DNA of 64,000 bases from a virus (Duplodnaviria > Caudoviricetes): positions 320,001 to 384,000 of the IMG/VR virus record IMGVR_UViG_3300014208_000023. One strand, given 5' to 3'. Every line of letters starts with the position of its first letter. The first letter of the stretch is position 1. The translations under genes were made by a program, and so were the position numbers. The notes beneath the pieces are model-generated. The model was not told the origin of the DNA. It did no database searches and was given only the letters and a program-made list of their open reading frames with translations. Shown in pieces: positions 9,127 through 18,939 of this stretch.

Positions 9127-9899
9127 AAATGCTTAAAAAAATAATAGTTCTATTGATGCTGATTGCTGGTCCAATATCTTGTATGAAACCTCCTGCCAGG
9201 CCGGAGGCTAGCCTACCTACAAGGCTAATTGAGCAAACTGTTTCGCTGGTTGGATATAACTCCAATAAAGGATGGGGAACATATTGCACCGGAGTGTGGG
9301 TTGATTCTCGCCATATACTTACTGCATACCACTGTGCCGCTGCCGCTAAAGTTATGAGCCTTCCAGAAGACGACCAAGAATCTGCTGAAGATAAAGGTCA
9401 AAAACTTGATGCTATTGGCGCCCCAGTGTATTATTCAACAAAAGACTCTTTCAATAATGTTGTTCATCACGGACCAATGAACTATCTCAGCGCTAAAGTT
9501 GTTGCTGGCGATGGAGCACACGACATAGCCTTAATAGAAGTTAATGGTAGCCCGTTGGTCCATCGACATGCCGTATTAGCTGATTTTGAGCCGGCTGTTG
9601 GAGATGACATAGTAGTCATGGGCCATCCAGCAAAGATTGAATATACATTCACGCGCGGGTATGTGTCTGCATATAGATCGGATATCGACCAGGACGCAAT
9701 AGATATTCATGGGCCTTTCATGCAGATAAACGCCGGAATTTCTGGCGGAAATAGCGGTGGAGGAGTGTTTGATATGGGCGGCCACCTCGTTGGTATTATA
9801 TCTTTTTGCAACTCAAGAATGGCAGTTCAGGCCTTTACCGTTCCAATGGGGTCTATAAAAAGATTTTTAGAAGAATACAATAAAAACAAAAAAGGCTGA
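9123..9899 (+). CDS. exported trypsin-like (S1) serine protease
   Basis: Catalytic triad motifs TAYHC, DIAL, GNSGG; signal peptide ending in Cys; ATGA-coupled to the upstream gene. Confidence 0.88.
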   Translation: MKMLKKIIVLLMLIAGPISCMKPPARPEASLPTRLIEQTVSLVGYNSNKGWGTYCTGVWVDSRHILTAYHCAAAAKVMSLPEDDQESAEDKGQKLDAIGAPVYYSTKDSFNNVVHHGPMNYLSAKVVAGDGAHDIALIEVNGSPLVHRHAVLADFEPAVGDDIVVMGHPAKIEYTFTRGYVSAYRSDIDQDAIDIHGPFMQINAGISGGNSGGGVFDMGGHLVGIISFCNSRMAVQAFTVPMGSIKRFLEEYNKNKKG

Positions 9900-9903
9900 A
9901 ATC

Positions 9904-10614
9904 TTACATTATTATAACGTATTTTGCTAAGCGATGACTTTTTGTTATTTTGTATAGCTTCTTAATTTCTTCAAAATTTTCCGTAGCAATTATTCTATTC
10001 TCTATCTTTTCTAGATTAGCAAATGGAAGTGTTGCTATAAGCCTAATATAGTAATTGCTTTTATTTTTTAAAAGCAGATTTTCGATAATTTCAAATTCTG
10101 CTTTATTTTTGGCTAGCGTTGCACATTTGTATAGATACCTCGATTTTTTCGAGCGAATCAAAATCTTCTTATGCTTCTCTATTTGAGAGTTTTTATGAAA
10201 ATTAATGAATATATAGGAAGCTTTTGCATTCTCCGCATTAAGAATGAGCCTCTCTATGGCAGCAGTATTTGAATATGGAACCTGTGAAAATTCCGCCAAA
10301 AGCTCTGCATCATTGATTTCCAATACCGCCTTTTCTAGGTTGGAAACGTTGGCTCCAATAATGTTTAGCGGAAACAAAACAAGATAGCGAAGGTTAAATC
10401 TGGACCTATTCGCTATCTTGATTATATAGTTTTCTAGCTCTGATGTTGGAAAGCTCCTTCTATCCAGTTCCAAAGCTAATCGGTATGGATAGAAGGAGTT
10501 TGTTTTGTCAAAAGCTTTATTTATTAGGCGGCGTGCTTTTTGTTCATATAATCTCTTGTTGGAGGTTTTTGATAAATCATCTACCAATCTCAAAAAATCA
10601 TATTCTGCTGCCAT
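9904..10614 (-). CDS. alpha-helical tandem repeat protein
   Basis: About 25-aa repeats such as ANVSNLEKAVLEIND, SNTAAIERLILNAEN, ANLEKIENRIIATEN. Confidence 0.65.
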   Translation of the reverse strand: MAAEYDFLRLVDDLSKTSNKRLYEQKARRLINKAFDKTNSFYPYRLALELDRRSFPTSELENYIIKIANRSRFNLRYLVLFPLNIIGANVSNLEKAVLEINDAELLAEFSQVPYSNTAAIERLILNAENAKASYIFINFHKNSQIEKHKKILIRSKKSRYLYKCATLAKNKAEFEIIENLLLKNKSNYYIRLIATLPFANLEKIENRIIATENFEEIKKLYKITKSHRLAKYVIIM

Positions 10615-10644
10615 CTCATAAAGATGCTTTAGATTTGATAGTCG

Positions 10645-11742
10645 TTATCGGAGATACTGTTCTATTAGCTCTATTGAGAGGCCGTCTATTTTTTTGATGT
10701 CTGGGCAATAAGGTAGAAAATCGCAGGTTTTATAGAGATCATTCAATTCCCTATCTTCCCTTTCTGCCCATTCTATTAAATAATCAACTTCCCAAAGACC
10801 AGAACGAATTTCTAGAAGTTCTTCTCGGTCAGCTATTCGTTTAACACGAACCTCTCCGGTTGTTAAAATCTCACGACACATGCGTAACAAGCGAACTAAA
10901 TGATATGCGTGCTTGCAGTCGTATCCAAATTTGGCCTCAATTGCTGCCCTTTCTGGATTTCTTTCTAGCTTCCACTTAAGATACTGCTCCCATTCTCGTT
11001 TTTTACCTAGATACTCCCGTTCTCTTTGGAGAAGATGAATAAAGTTCTCGTCTAACCCAGAACGTCTTGCGCTAGATAACCAACGATCGTCTGACGTAAT
11101 CTTTGCGTCAGCCATCATTTCCGCCATTACATTGCGGATACCTATTTTTTCAGCCTCTTGAAGGTCTTGAAGCCAATCAAAATTGATACGATCCATATCC
11201 TTCTGGATCATGGCCATCGTAGCTTCTAACTGATTCTTCTCAATCAGAGGTTTTTCTTCTAGCCCAAACTCTTTACGAGATGGTGGGCAGAGCATTGGAT
11301 TGCGGAGATATTTTCGATGGTTTTTTATGCGGTTAAGCTGACTAACCGCATATCCGGCAAAGCTCCACCTTACTCGTTTAGAAAGGAAAATATTCCTGTT
11401 TTCAAGGATTTTTTCTCCTGCCTTGGAGACGAAAATATGGTCAGAAGGATCTGTGAAAAGAACCTCTATGCAGTTAGGGTTGCAGTTGGATAGCAGGCTA
11501 AAAAACTTACGTAGCTCGTAAATTACCGTATCTGGCTCATTGAACTCTTGCTGCTCGAACTTTTTAGTAACGCCGAAATAGTAGTCTTTCGTTGGAATGG
11601 CTACTCCCTTATAGTCGTCGTCACTGCCTTCGATGTTTGTTCCATAAGCTTTAGATCCGTGGCGGGTAAGGTAGATTACGCCATCAGATATGGGAGATTT
11701 GATCTCCTTAAGCTTATCGAAAATTATATGATTAGTCATCAT
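10645..11742 (-). CDS. DNA polymerase beta-superfamily nucleotidyltransferase (RlaP-like)
   Basis: GSKAYG...SDDDYKGV catalytic motif, NPNCIEVL, GYDCKHAYHLVRLL. Confidence 0.85.
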   Translation of the reverse strand: MMTNHIIFDKLKEIKSPISDGVIYLTRHGSKAYGTNIEGSDDDYKGVAIPTKDYYFGVTKKFEQQEFNEPDTVIYELRKFFSLLSNCNPNCIEVLFTDPSDHIFVSKAGEKILENRNIFLSKRVRWSFAGYAVSQLNRIKNHRKYLRNPMLCPPSRKEFGLEEKPLIEKNQLEATMAMIQKDMDRINFDWLQDLQEAEKIGIRNVMAEMMADAKITSDDRWLSSARRSGLDENFIHLLQREREYLGKKREWEQYLKWKLERNPERAAIEAKFGYDCKHAYHLVRLLRMCREILTTGEVRVKRIADREELLEIRSGLWEVDYLIEWAEREDRELNDLYKTCDFLPYCPDIKKIDGLSIELIEQYLR

Positions 11743-12034
11743 CGTCTTCTTGTGATTCTGGATAAAAGGGGTTATACCTCATTCGATTAGAATAAAGACA
11801 TATGGCCTCTTGTTTTTTTAGAATTTCTTTTTCATCAACTTCACATTCAGATAATGGCAGTATTGTTTCCCACCCATCGCCACTATCTGCCGGAGCAATT
11901 TCTACGAATGTTTCTTTTTCTATTTCAGTAATGGCTAATCTTTCGCCAGTTTCAGTGCAGCCATTAAACTCAATATAAACATCTGCTTCTTGATTTTCTT
12001 TAGAAAGAAGTTCTATTAATTCTTTGATTTTCAT
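11732..12034 (-). CDS. hypothetical protein
   Basis: MKIKELIELL start typical of small phage proteins. Confidence 0.65.
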   Translation of the reverse strand: MKIKELIELLSKENQEADVYIEFNGCTETGERLAITEIEKETFVEIAPADSGDGWETILPLSECEVDEKEILKKQEAICLYSNRMRYNPFYPESQEDDDD

Positions 12035-12035
12035 T

Positions 12036-12233
12036 TTACTTGTCTCGTATAGGAATGTGGGCATCAAACCCTTCGCATTGGCAGTGCATATCTATACCGT
12101 GAATATCTTTGGCATTACATTTGCCTGGTTCGCCGCCAAAAAGAACTCCCATAATCCACGATCTTTTGCTTAAATGCTCGTGCTTCCAGTGCATGCATTC
12201 ACATATGTTCTTTTCGCTAAATTTAGTAGTCAT
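12036..12233 (-). CDS. small Cys/His-rich hypothetical protein
   Basis: CECMHxxxxH...C...CQC pattern, possible zinc finger. Confidence 0.55.
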   Translation of the reverse strand: MTTKFSEKNICECMHWKHEHLSKRSWIMGVLFGGEPGKCNAKDIHGIDMHCQCEGFDAHIPIRDK

Positions 12234-12391
12234 TAGTTTCTGCGGCCAAAAATTAATGAGAGAGCTCCTAATACTAGGAAGACAAAGAATAGGATTTTGG
12301 CAATACCCGCTGAAGCTCCGGCAATAGCGCCGAAACCTAATACTGCTGCGACAAGTGCGATAACGAAAAAGATGGCTGAATAATATAACAT
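12233..12391 (-). CDS. UPF0391/DUF1328 small membrane protein
   Basis: Manually translated [52 protein letters not shown]. Confidence 0.85.
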   Translation of the reverse strand: MLYYSAIFFVIALVAAVLGFGAIAGASAGIAKILFFVFLVLGALSLIFGRRN

Positions 12392-12421
12392 TTTATGTGT
12401 CTTTCTATTTTTAGTTTAGTA

Positions 12422-13591
12422 TCAATTAGTCAAAAATTCAAACGGATCCATAAGCCGTGTATTAGGCTCTTTTGGCGCCAGGCTTATAACATCTTCGGGC
12501 TTTACTCCGGTTGAAATATATTCAATAGGGGTTTTAGTGAAAGACTCGACATACTTCAAAAAGGATCTTGTTTGATTGGCGTCTTTAGAATCTTTCCAGC
12601 AAGGCAAATCAAGATAGGTCGGATTTACATTATTGAAGTCGCTTGGAGAGAATACCTCTTTGCCATATGAGACGCAAGTTTTGATGCTTCTCTGGCCTTC
12701 AGGAATATCCATCTTACATACAATTAGGTGTGTGATTCCGCCTTTTTGAATTCCGTATTTGAGCATTGGCAAGTCGAGATAGCCAATTCTACGAGGCTTT
12801 CCGGTTGTTGCTCCAATCTCTCCGCCAAGCTCTCTCCACTGAATAGCATCTTCCGATGACATTTCAGTTGGCAAAGGGCCTGGGCTTCCAGCCTTGGTTA
12901 CATACGGCTTCATCATTCCATAAACCCTATCCAGCTTAACGAAATTAAAGCCAGAGGCAGCTATGCCTGAAACGGTGCAGTCGCCAGCGGTAACATACGG
13001 GTAAAGCCCAGCATTAATGTCGAGCATTACTCCTTGGCTGCCTTCAAAGAGGAGTCTTGATTTCTCAAATTCTTCTTTCATAGCCAAGACCGTAGTAAAT
13101 GTAACGCCAACCGCCTTTAGCTTTTTGATAACTTCAGCATCATCGTTCATGTAGTTATACACGCGACTACCATTGCGGCTGTATTTACTAACCGCTGCTG
13201 GCCCAACACCTTTGCCAGTAGATCCTACTCCTGTGTTGTGGGCCTTATCAAGATCAATGTGGCCAGAGCTAATAGTAAATGCGTCCATATCCACGTATAT
13301 GGACTCGCCTACTCCTGGAAAATCTTTCTCAAATAAGAGGATTTCGGCCAATAGATTTTCTAGGTTAATATACATTCCCGATGCAAGATAGGATTTTACC
13401 GTCTTACATCTATAATCTGCCGATGGAAGATAATGATGGGTGTATTTCTTGCCATCACGATAGATGACGTGACCACAATTTTCCGAGCCAGCATGACGAA
13501 TAACCCAATCATATTTGGGAGAGAAATGATGGGTGAAATGACCCTTACCATTGTCTCCTAAAAGACAATCTAAAACCGCTATATTTTTCAT
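12422..13591 (-). CDS. purA: adenylosuccinate synthetase
   Basis: GDNGKG P-loop, GSTGKGVGP, EGSQGVMLD, YPYVT, GATTGKPRR. Confidence 0.92.
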   Translation of the reverse strand: MKNIAVLDCLLGDNGKGHFTHHFSPKYDWVIRHAGSENCGHVIYRDGKKYTHHYLPSADYRCKTVKSYLASGMYINLENLLAEILLFEKDFPGVGESIYVDMDAFTISSGHIDLDKAHNTGVGSTGKGVGPAAVSKYSRNGSRVYNYMNDDAEVIKKLKAVGVTFTTVLAMKEEFEKSRLLFEGSQGVMLDINAGLYPYVTAGDCTVSGIAASGFNFVKLDRVYGMMKPYVTKAGSPGPLPTEMSSEDAIQWRELGGEIGATTGKPRRIGYLDLPMLKYGIQKGGITHLIVCKMDIPEGQRSIKTCVSYGKEVFSPSDFNNVNPTYLDLPCWKDSKDANQTRSFLKYVESFTKTPIEYISTGVKPEDVISLAPKEPNTRLMDPFEFLTN

Positions 13592-13592
13592 A

Positions 13593-13925
13593 TCATATTC
13601 CTAGTATTCGTTGTCTCAAGGCTCTAATTATGGCGTTATCACAACAAGAACAATTTTTGCTTCTAGATATAAATGGCTTGGTTCTTAGCGAAGGAAGACA
13701 ATCAGACTCATCTATTATTGAGTCGCCACCCTCAAATGATTTTAGACCACACCAAGTTTGGGTATCAGGCTCTCTACCATAATAGAGATATGAGTCGTAA
13801 CTGTTTCGACGAGAGTTGCCTATTCGTATATGGCGTTTTGGAGTTCTAGCTTTCAATTGTTCTCTCGCAATAATTGGTGACTTAACTATGTTTTTAGGAT
13901 TAGTCAGCCTTCTAATTTTTCTCAT
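13593..13925 (-). CDS. hypothetical basic protein
   Basis: 110-aa ORF. Confidence 0.6.
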   Translation of the reverse strand: MRKIRRLTNPKNIVKSPIIAREQLKARTPKRHIRIGNSRRNSYDSYLYYGREPDTQTWCGLKSFEGGDSIIDESDCLPSLRTKPFISRSKNCSCCDNAIIRALRQRILGI

Positions 13926-13944
13926 TTAAAATGAAGCCTTTTCT

Positions 13945-15861
13945 CTAATTAAGCATCTGATTTCGTTCTTTTTCATTTTCTTGAATTAGAGCAAAATCCT
14001 CTTCTATAATTTCGTTTTCCGTATCAATTTCTTGGGACTCCGGCAAATCAGCAACGGTATTTTTAATAACGTCAAAAATTCCACCCATTAGTGTATTGAC
14101 TGCCTCATTGCCAAGCGTGGTTATTCCTGAAACACGCAATTCTTTGGCTAGTTTTTGAGCCGTGTCGTTTGACTCCATAGCATATGTAAGAGTGACGCCG
14201 CCAATCATACTAACAAAACTGTTGCCTAGCTCTGATGATAGGAAGTCTTTTATTCCTTCGGCCTTATCTTTTGGAAGAGACTTTATGATGGCAGTTCTTG
14301 TTATGTTGTTTAACTGCTTGCCGGCAATCCTGCAGGCTGCCTTATGAACTTCAGACTCGAATTTGGTTTCTCCAAACCTATCAAATAGATCATTTAAAAG
14401 TATTTGGTCATTGTCCGTAATTGTATAACCTTCGTCTTGAGAAGAATCAAAATCACTATAGAAATAATTGTTGTTTGCCTGATCCTGAATGCGCCAAGCC
14501 TTCAATCCAGAATTAGTAATTATTCCTAGGGCAACATACTTATCTAAATCCTTTATTTGGATTTTTCCATTAGCCAAAAGACGATTAATCTTTTCAATCT
14601 CTTTAATATTTTTGGCTTCTTTTTTAGACACATGCGCGTGTGGGTCCAGCGGTATATCTTTAGTATCAATGAAATAAGGAATGTCTTTCTCCAAAACCTT
14701 ATCATTGGCTTTAGAAACTAAAGTTTTAATTTCAGAAAGCGTTGCAGTCATATCTCCTTTAAAATAAGAAGATATTCTTTGCGCAATCGTTATATGATCA
14801 CTGTCTGACCATCTTTCACATTTACTCATTTGTGTAATGAAGTCGTTTCTGTCAATGGCGTTAATATTGACAAGACGCCCAACAAAATCACTCATCTCGT
14901 TGTATGAGCCAGGAATGCGTATTTCTATATCTTTATCTTTTTTAGCCAAATCTTCTTTTATAAGATTTGCCTTCGCTTGTTCTTCTACTGTTCTGCGGGC
15001 AGCGGAACTATTTGCTATAAATATATGATCCGACACCAAAGCCTTATCTAGCTCCAATCCGGTATCTAGAAACTTTAGAAAAGCATTTTTTACATGATCT
15101 GCGCCAACATTTGACCAACTTAAAAAATCTTTTAGACTTACATTGAAGCCGTAACGATTAAGTTGATGAATATCTAAAGGAGGGGCTGAGCCGAATTTTT
15201 TCGCAATACGCTCTTTTGTAAGCTCCTCTACTTTTTTAGTAAGTTCCTCTATTTTTAGAATCTTCTGTTTTTCTTCTTCTTTTTTGGAAGCCGCTAGTCT
15301 TTCAGCGTCAAAAGCCTTGATAAATTCTTCGGCTCTTTCCTTTATTTGTTTTTGATATTTAGCATAATCAACTACGTTTTCTTCTGGCCAAGTCGGCTCA
15401 CTAACAAGCTCTTCTTTTGAGAAGGCGGCTTGCAATTCTTTTTCAAGAGGAAGAAAATCTGATTTAGCATCTACTTTTAGCGTAACTGTTTCAGAAATTG
15501 AACTGCCTAATTTATCCGCTCCAACTGATACTTGTTTTGACATGTCGGAAGCACTATAACGAGCCTTCATGTCGTTGAAGGATTTTTTTGCTTTTAGCCA
15601 CTGGTCGTATTCTATTTTGGATAGAAGTTCTCCATGAAGATAATAATTATCAGGAAGGTTAGCGCCATGAATAGACCCTCTGTTTTCCACGGCAGGCCCA
15701 TCTTCCCTATGAATAACGCCATGTGTAGAGGTTCTATGAAGAGCGGAGCCGTCAGGAAATTTTGTGACGGTTACTGGATAATCATATTCCCATTGTGCCG
15801 ATACAACAAGTTTTCCATTGGAACGGTATATTTTATACCCGGTGTCACTATAAGTAATCAT
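13945..15861 (-). CDS. multidomain protein: HREDGPA repeat, coiled coil, C-terminal R[IV]SG-family domain
   Basis: HREDGPAVE near the N-terminus; C-terminal KAACRIAGKQ...ELRVSGITTLGN. Confidence 0.75.
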   Translation of the reverse strand: MITYSDTGYKIYRSNGKLVVSAQWEYDYPVTVTKFPDGSALHRTSTHGVIHREDGPAVENRGSIHGANLPDNYYLHGELLSKIEYDQWLKAKKSFNDMKARYSASDMSKQVSVGADKLGSSISETVTLKVDAKSDFLPLEKELQAAFSKEELVSEPTWPEENVVDYAKYQKQIKERAEEFIKAFDAERLAASKKEEEKQKILKIEELTKKVEELTKERIAKKFGSAPPLDIHQLNRYGFNVSLKDFLSWSNVGADHVKNAFLKFLDTGLELDKALVSDHIFIANSSAARRTVEEQAKANLIKEDLAKKDKDIEIRIPGSYNEMSDFVGRLVNINAIDRNDFITQMSKCERWSDSDHITIAQRISSYFKGDMTATLSEIKTLVSKANDKVLEKDIPYFIDTKDIPLDPHAHVSKKEAKNIKEIEKINRLLANGKIQIKDLDKYVALGIITNSGLKAWRIQDQANNNYFYSDFDSSQDEGYTITDNDQILLNDLFDRFGETKFESEVHKAACRIAGKQLNNITRTAIIKSLPKDKAEGIKDFLSSELGNSFVSMIGGVTLTYAMESNDTAQKLAKELRVSGITTLGNEAVNTLMGGIFDVIKNTVADLPESQEIDTENEIIEEDFALIQENEKERNQMLN

Positions 15862-15865
15862 GTTT

Positions 15866-16891
15866 TTATATAGAAACATATGGCATACCACTATCTCTGT
15901 ATGAGCGGTATTTTTCTGGTAACTTTTTTACCTGTGGAGTAAGAGGTATTCCCCTAAAGTATTGTTTAATTTTCGACGCTTGTAATAATTTTTTACTTAT
16001 AAGTTTGGGCGACATGCTCTTATAAAAGATATTTGTATAGACATCTATATTGGCAGATCCTGAAGAAAAATAAGCGTATGGCCCCTCTATTACGAAGGCG
16101 CGCTTTTTCTTATCTTCTTCTGTGGCCTCTACATATTGGGTGTCTTTAAATCTGTGCATCGGTGCCGTAAGTCTAACTACGGCGCGAGCCAGCATACGCT
16201 CGCCATATTTGGCGTATGGCTTTCCATCAGTAATATACATTACGCCCATGTTAGGATCAATAATGGATCCTATTAAGCAAGTGGATTGTGTCTTACCCCA
16301 AGACTGGCAGGACTTTATGCCTCTCATGCTCATGGTGGCAATATCCCATGGGTGGGTAGAAAAAACTACCTCTAAATCGTCGTTCCAAGAAAGCTCTAGA
16401 TTGGCCCCATCAACTAATAGTTTTTTATATAGTGACAATTTCGCAGTATAAATGCACCCAAATTCCTCTAAATCTTGATAAAGCCTATTTAATAGATCAA
16501 GTAACGAATCGCCTTTTTGATAGGTAATCAACTTGCCACGGTAATAATTATTGACCTTAACTTCGCACGGCAAAACCAACATTCCATTCTTCTTAATAGA
16601 AGATACGGTTATTTTGCTTGCTAGATTAGCTAGCGAGCTTCTCATTAATGTAATGGTAGATGATAATAATAATGACCACCCTTCCCAATTACTAGTATAT
16701 TTTACTAAGGCAGACTTTAGGTTTTTTACATAAGTCTCCATAGAAATATTACACTTGTGTGTGCATGTCTCTCTATAATCGGAAATCTCAAAATCCTTAA
16801 AGCTTTTGATAATTTCGCAATTTTTGATGTGAGAATTGTTTCGAATAAATTCTGGATATTTTTTGTTTTTAAACGTTACTGGAATTTTCAT
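15866..16891 (-). CDS. SMRG-xxSC family protein (1 of 6 paralogs)
   Basis: FSTHPWDIATMSMRGIKSCQSW...LIGS...MLARAVVR...YRDSG. Confidence 0.8.
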   Translation of the reverse strand: MKIPVTFKNKKYPEFIRNNSHIKNCEIIKSFKDFEISDYRETCTHKCNISMETYVKNLKSALVKYTSNWEGWSLLLSSTITLMRSSLANLASKITVSSIKKNGMLVLPCEVKVNNYYRGKLITYQKGDSLLDLLNRLYQDLEEFGCIYTAKLSLYKKLLVDGANLELSWNDDLEVVFSTHPWDIATMSMRGIKSCQSWGKTQSTCLIGSIIDPNMGVMYITDGKPYAKYGERMLARAVVRLTAPMHRFKDTQYVEATEEDKKKRAFVIEGPYAYFSSGSANIDVYTNIFYKSMSPKLISKKLLQASKIKQYFRGIPLTPQVKKLPEKYRSYRDSGMPYVSI

Positions 16892-17316
16892 TACTTTACA
16901 TCTAATATGGATTTAAAGATTATTTTTTGTTTTGGAGTAAGACCCAAATCCAGAATTAGTTGTTTAATTTTCTTATTCTTTTCAACGGATTTTGATGCTT
17001 CCCGCTCATCAATTTCTTTGAGTCGCTTATCTTCTTCTTCTAGAAACTTAATTTCTTTTAGGCCTTTAATAAAGTCATCAACAAAACTATTTCTCATCTT
17101 AAAGAAGACTTGATTGACCGCTATGCTGTTTCGCAGTATTTCAGTTACCACTTTAGTATCTTGAGACAATAATGAAAATAATTCCTTGCAAGCAGGATCG
17201 TCCAAATTAGATTCCATTATCTCTGTCAAAATCTGATTTGATAATGTGCCATAATGGGTATGGTAGGCCCACATGAACTTTTCAAGTGCCGGCCCCAACT
17301 TATTGTTCTTTTTCAT
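16891..17316 (-). CDS. hypothetical protein with C-terminal LxLTxxQK motif
   Basis: Ends LGLTPKQKIIFKSILDVK. Confidence 0.7.
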   Translation of the reverse strand: MKKNNKLGPALEKFMWAYHTHYGTLSNQILTEIMESNLDDPACKELFSLLSQDTKVVTEILRNSIAVNQVFFKMRNSFVDDFIKGLKEIKFLEEEDKRLKEIDEREASKSVEKNKKIKQLILDLGLTPKQKIIFKSILDVK

Positions 17317-17783
17317 TACGTTCCTTCAAAGGCATTAATGTGCAGGCCTAGAGTGCTTAATACCTGCTTTTGTCTCGGAGTCAATCTGGCAGCTCTATAT
17401 AGGGCCTTATTTTCTATAGCCTTTTTGGCAGCCGTTTCTCTGTGTCTTTTAAGAGTTTTAATATTGGTCAAAGCCTTAACTACGTTTGGCGCAAATGACT
17501 TCGTGTTTGAATCAGTTATTCTCTTGAAGAATTTTGCAAGAGAAAACGACTCCTTCATAAGCCTATTTACCTCAATCTCATTTTCAGAGAGAGCGGTAAC
17601 AAACACCACCAGCTCATCTTCTGATAAGGATGAAGAAATGGCCAAACTAATATTGCCATCACTAACTAGCTGATAACATTCAGTATATGAATTATACTCT
17701 AGATAGCCGGTTAGTTGATCGTCTAAAGTCTTATAGACTTTAGCTATTAGTTTCTTAATTTCTGTTTCGTTAGATATCGGCAT
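17316..17783 (-). CDS. hypothetical protein with C-terminal LTxxQK motif
   Basis: Ends ARLTPRQKQVLSTLGL... Confidence 0.7.
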   Translation of the reverse strand: MPISNETEIKKLIAKVYKTLDDQLTGYLEYNSYTECYQLVSDGNISLAISSSLSEDELVVFVTALSENEIEVNRLMKESFSLAKFFKRITDSNTKSFAPNVVKALTNIKTLKRHRETAAKKAIENKALYRAARLTPRQKQVLSTLGLHINAFEGT

Positions 17784-17790
17784 ATTTTTC

Positions 17791-18927
17791 TCATATGAAA
17801 AATTTTAAATTGTTATTTTCTACTTCTTCTTGCTCTTTAAATGTAAGCAAGTGCGGTTCATTATGAATTGCAAGATAGACCGCTTCTTGCCATAATTGTT
17901 TCTTTACTTTATTAAGGTAATCGAAATCAATTTTCGATTTGTTATTAAGCTCAATAGTCCATAGGCGACGAGAAAGAGCTGCGTCTTTAATGAATTTTGA
18001 TTTGTTAGTTGTGGCTCCGAATGAGTTTCGGAGATTAAACCTCTGGGCATCGCGTCTCCAAGGAAGACGAACATCTATAAACCTTGTAGATAGAAGCTGC
18101 TTGAATGTTTCTTGTGACTTCGGGGCTTCCAAAGAAGAAAGCTCGTCAAAGCAAGAAATCGTTTTACCAATGATTCCTTCGATAAACTTCTGCGGGTTCT
18201 TGATATTGCATAGGACTTCGCCGGTTCTGTTGTCAAATGGAGCAGGCAGTAGCTCTCGGAAAAAGGAGGTTTTACCTACGCCGCCAGGACCGGTTAGGAC
18301 GAGGCAGCCGTCAAAAGCTACGCCTGGCTCCATCGCTCTTTTTGCCGTCCCTACAATCCATTTGCGGAAGAGAAATGTGGCATATTCGGCATCAGTCTCC
18401 AATGCCTCGCCATATAGGGAAGGAATGAAGTTTTCTATGATGCTTTCTTGAGAAGTGTCCCAGCCAGCAAAATGATCCTTAAACACCTTTGAGGTAAAAT
18501 CAGTTACGTCAAGAAGCTTGAGCGCACCATCAAAATGTGAATTCAGTGATGCAACCTTAATTCCGGTTTGCCTCATAAACTCATTGACTAAATCCATTTT
18601 CGTGGCAGGGTTCATCATTATCCCGTCCAGAAAGACGTGTCCGCTTTCTTCATCTTTAATGATTCTGCTTGAAACGAAAGGAGAATTGGTAAGCCATTCT
18701 CTAACGAAAACTACCGATGGTTTATAAACAATTTCTTGTTGTTTATTTACGGTGAAATGGCAAGTTGGATATCCAATTGTTTGTATAATTTCCGCCTTGA
18801 TTTGATCTGGCGATTTGGTCTTGAACTTCTGAATGAAGCTTTTAATACCGGCCTTCGCATTGCTTTGAAGAACGGAGCGAGCCAAATTCGTCGCTTCTTT
18901 GGCGAGAAACTTTTCTAAAAATGCCAT
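17791..18927 (-). CDS. VapE/VirE-family P-loop ATPase (primase-associated helicase-like)
   Basis: LVLTGPGGVGKTSF Walker A, FDELSSL Walker B, ATTN, SRRLWTI. Confidence 0.85.
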   Translation of the reverse strand: MAFLEKFLAKEATNLARSVLQSNAKAGIKSFIQKFKTKSPDQIKAEIIQTIGYPTCHFTVNKQQEIVYKPSVVFVREWLTNSPFVSSRIIKDEESGHVFLDGIMMNPATKMDLVNEFMRQTGIKVASLNSHFDGALKLLDVTDFTSKVFKDHFAGWDTSQESIIENFIPSLYGEALETDAEYATFLFRKWIVGTAKRAMEPGVAFDGCLVLTGPGGVGKTSFFRELLPAPFDNRTGEVLCNIKNPQKFIEGIIGKTISCFDELSSLEAPKSQETFKQLLSTRFIDVRLPWRRDAQRFNLRNSFGATTNKSKFIKDAALSRRLWTIELNNKSKIDFDYLNKVKKQLWQEAVYLAIHNEPHLLTFKEQEEVENNNLKFFI

Positions 18928-18939
18928 TGTTTTCTTTCT

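Noticed and set aside
12422-13591. PurZ (2-aminoadenine DNA pathway)
   Set aside because: The catalytic Asp of the PurA P-loop (GDNGKG) is retained, whereas PurZ has Ser there; no dATPase or other Z-pathway partner is recognisable.
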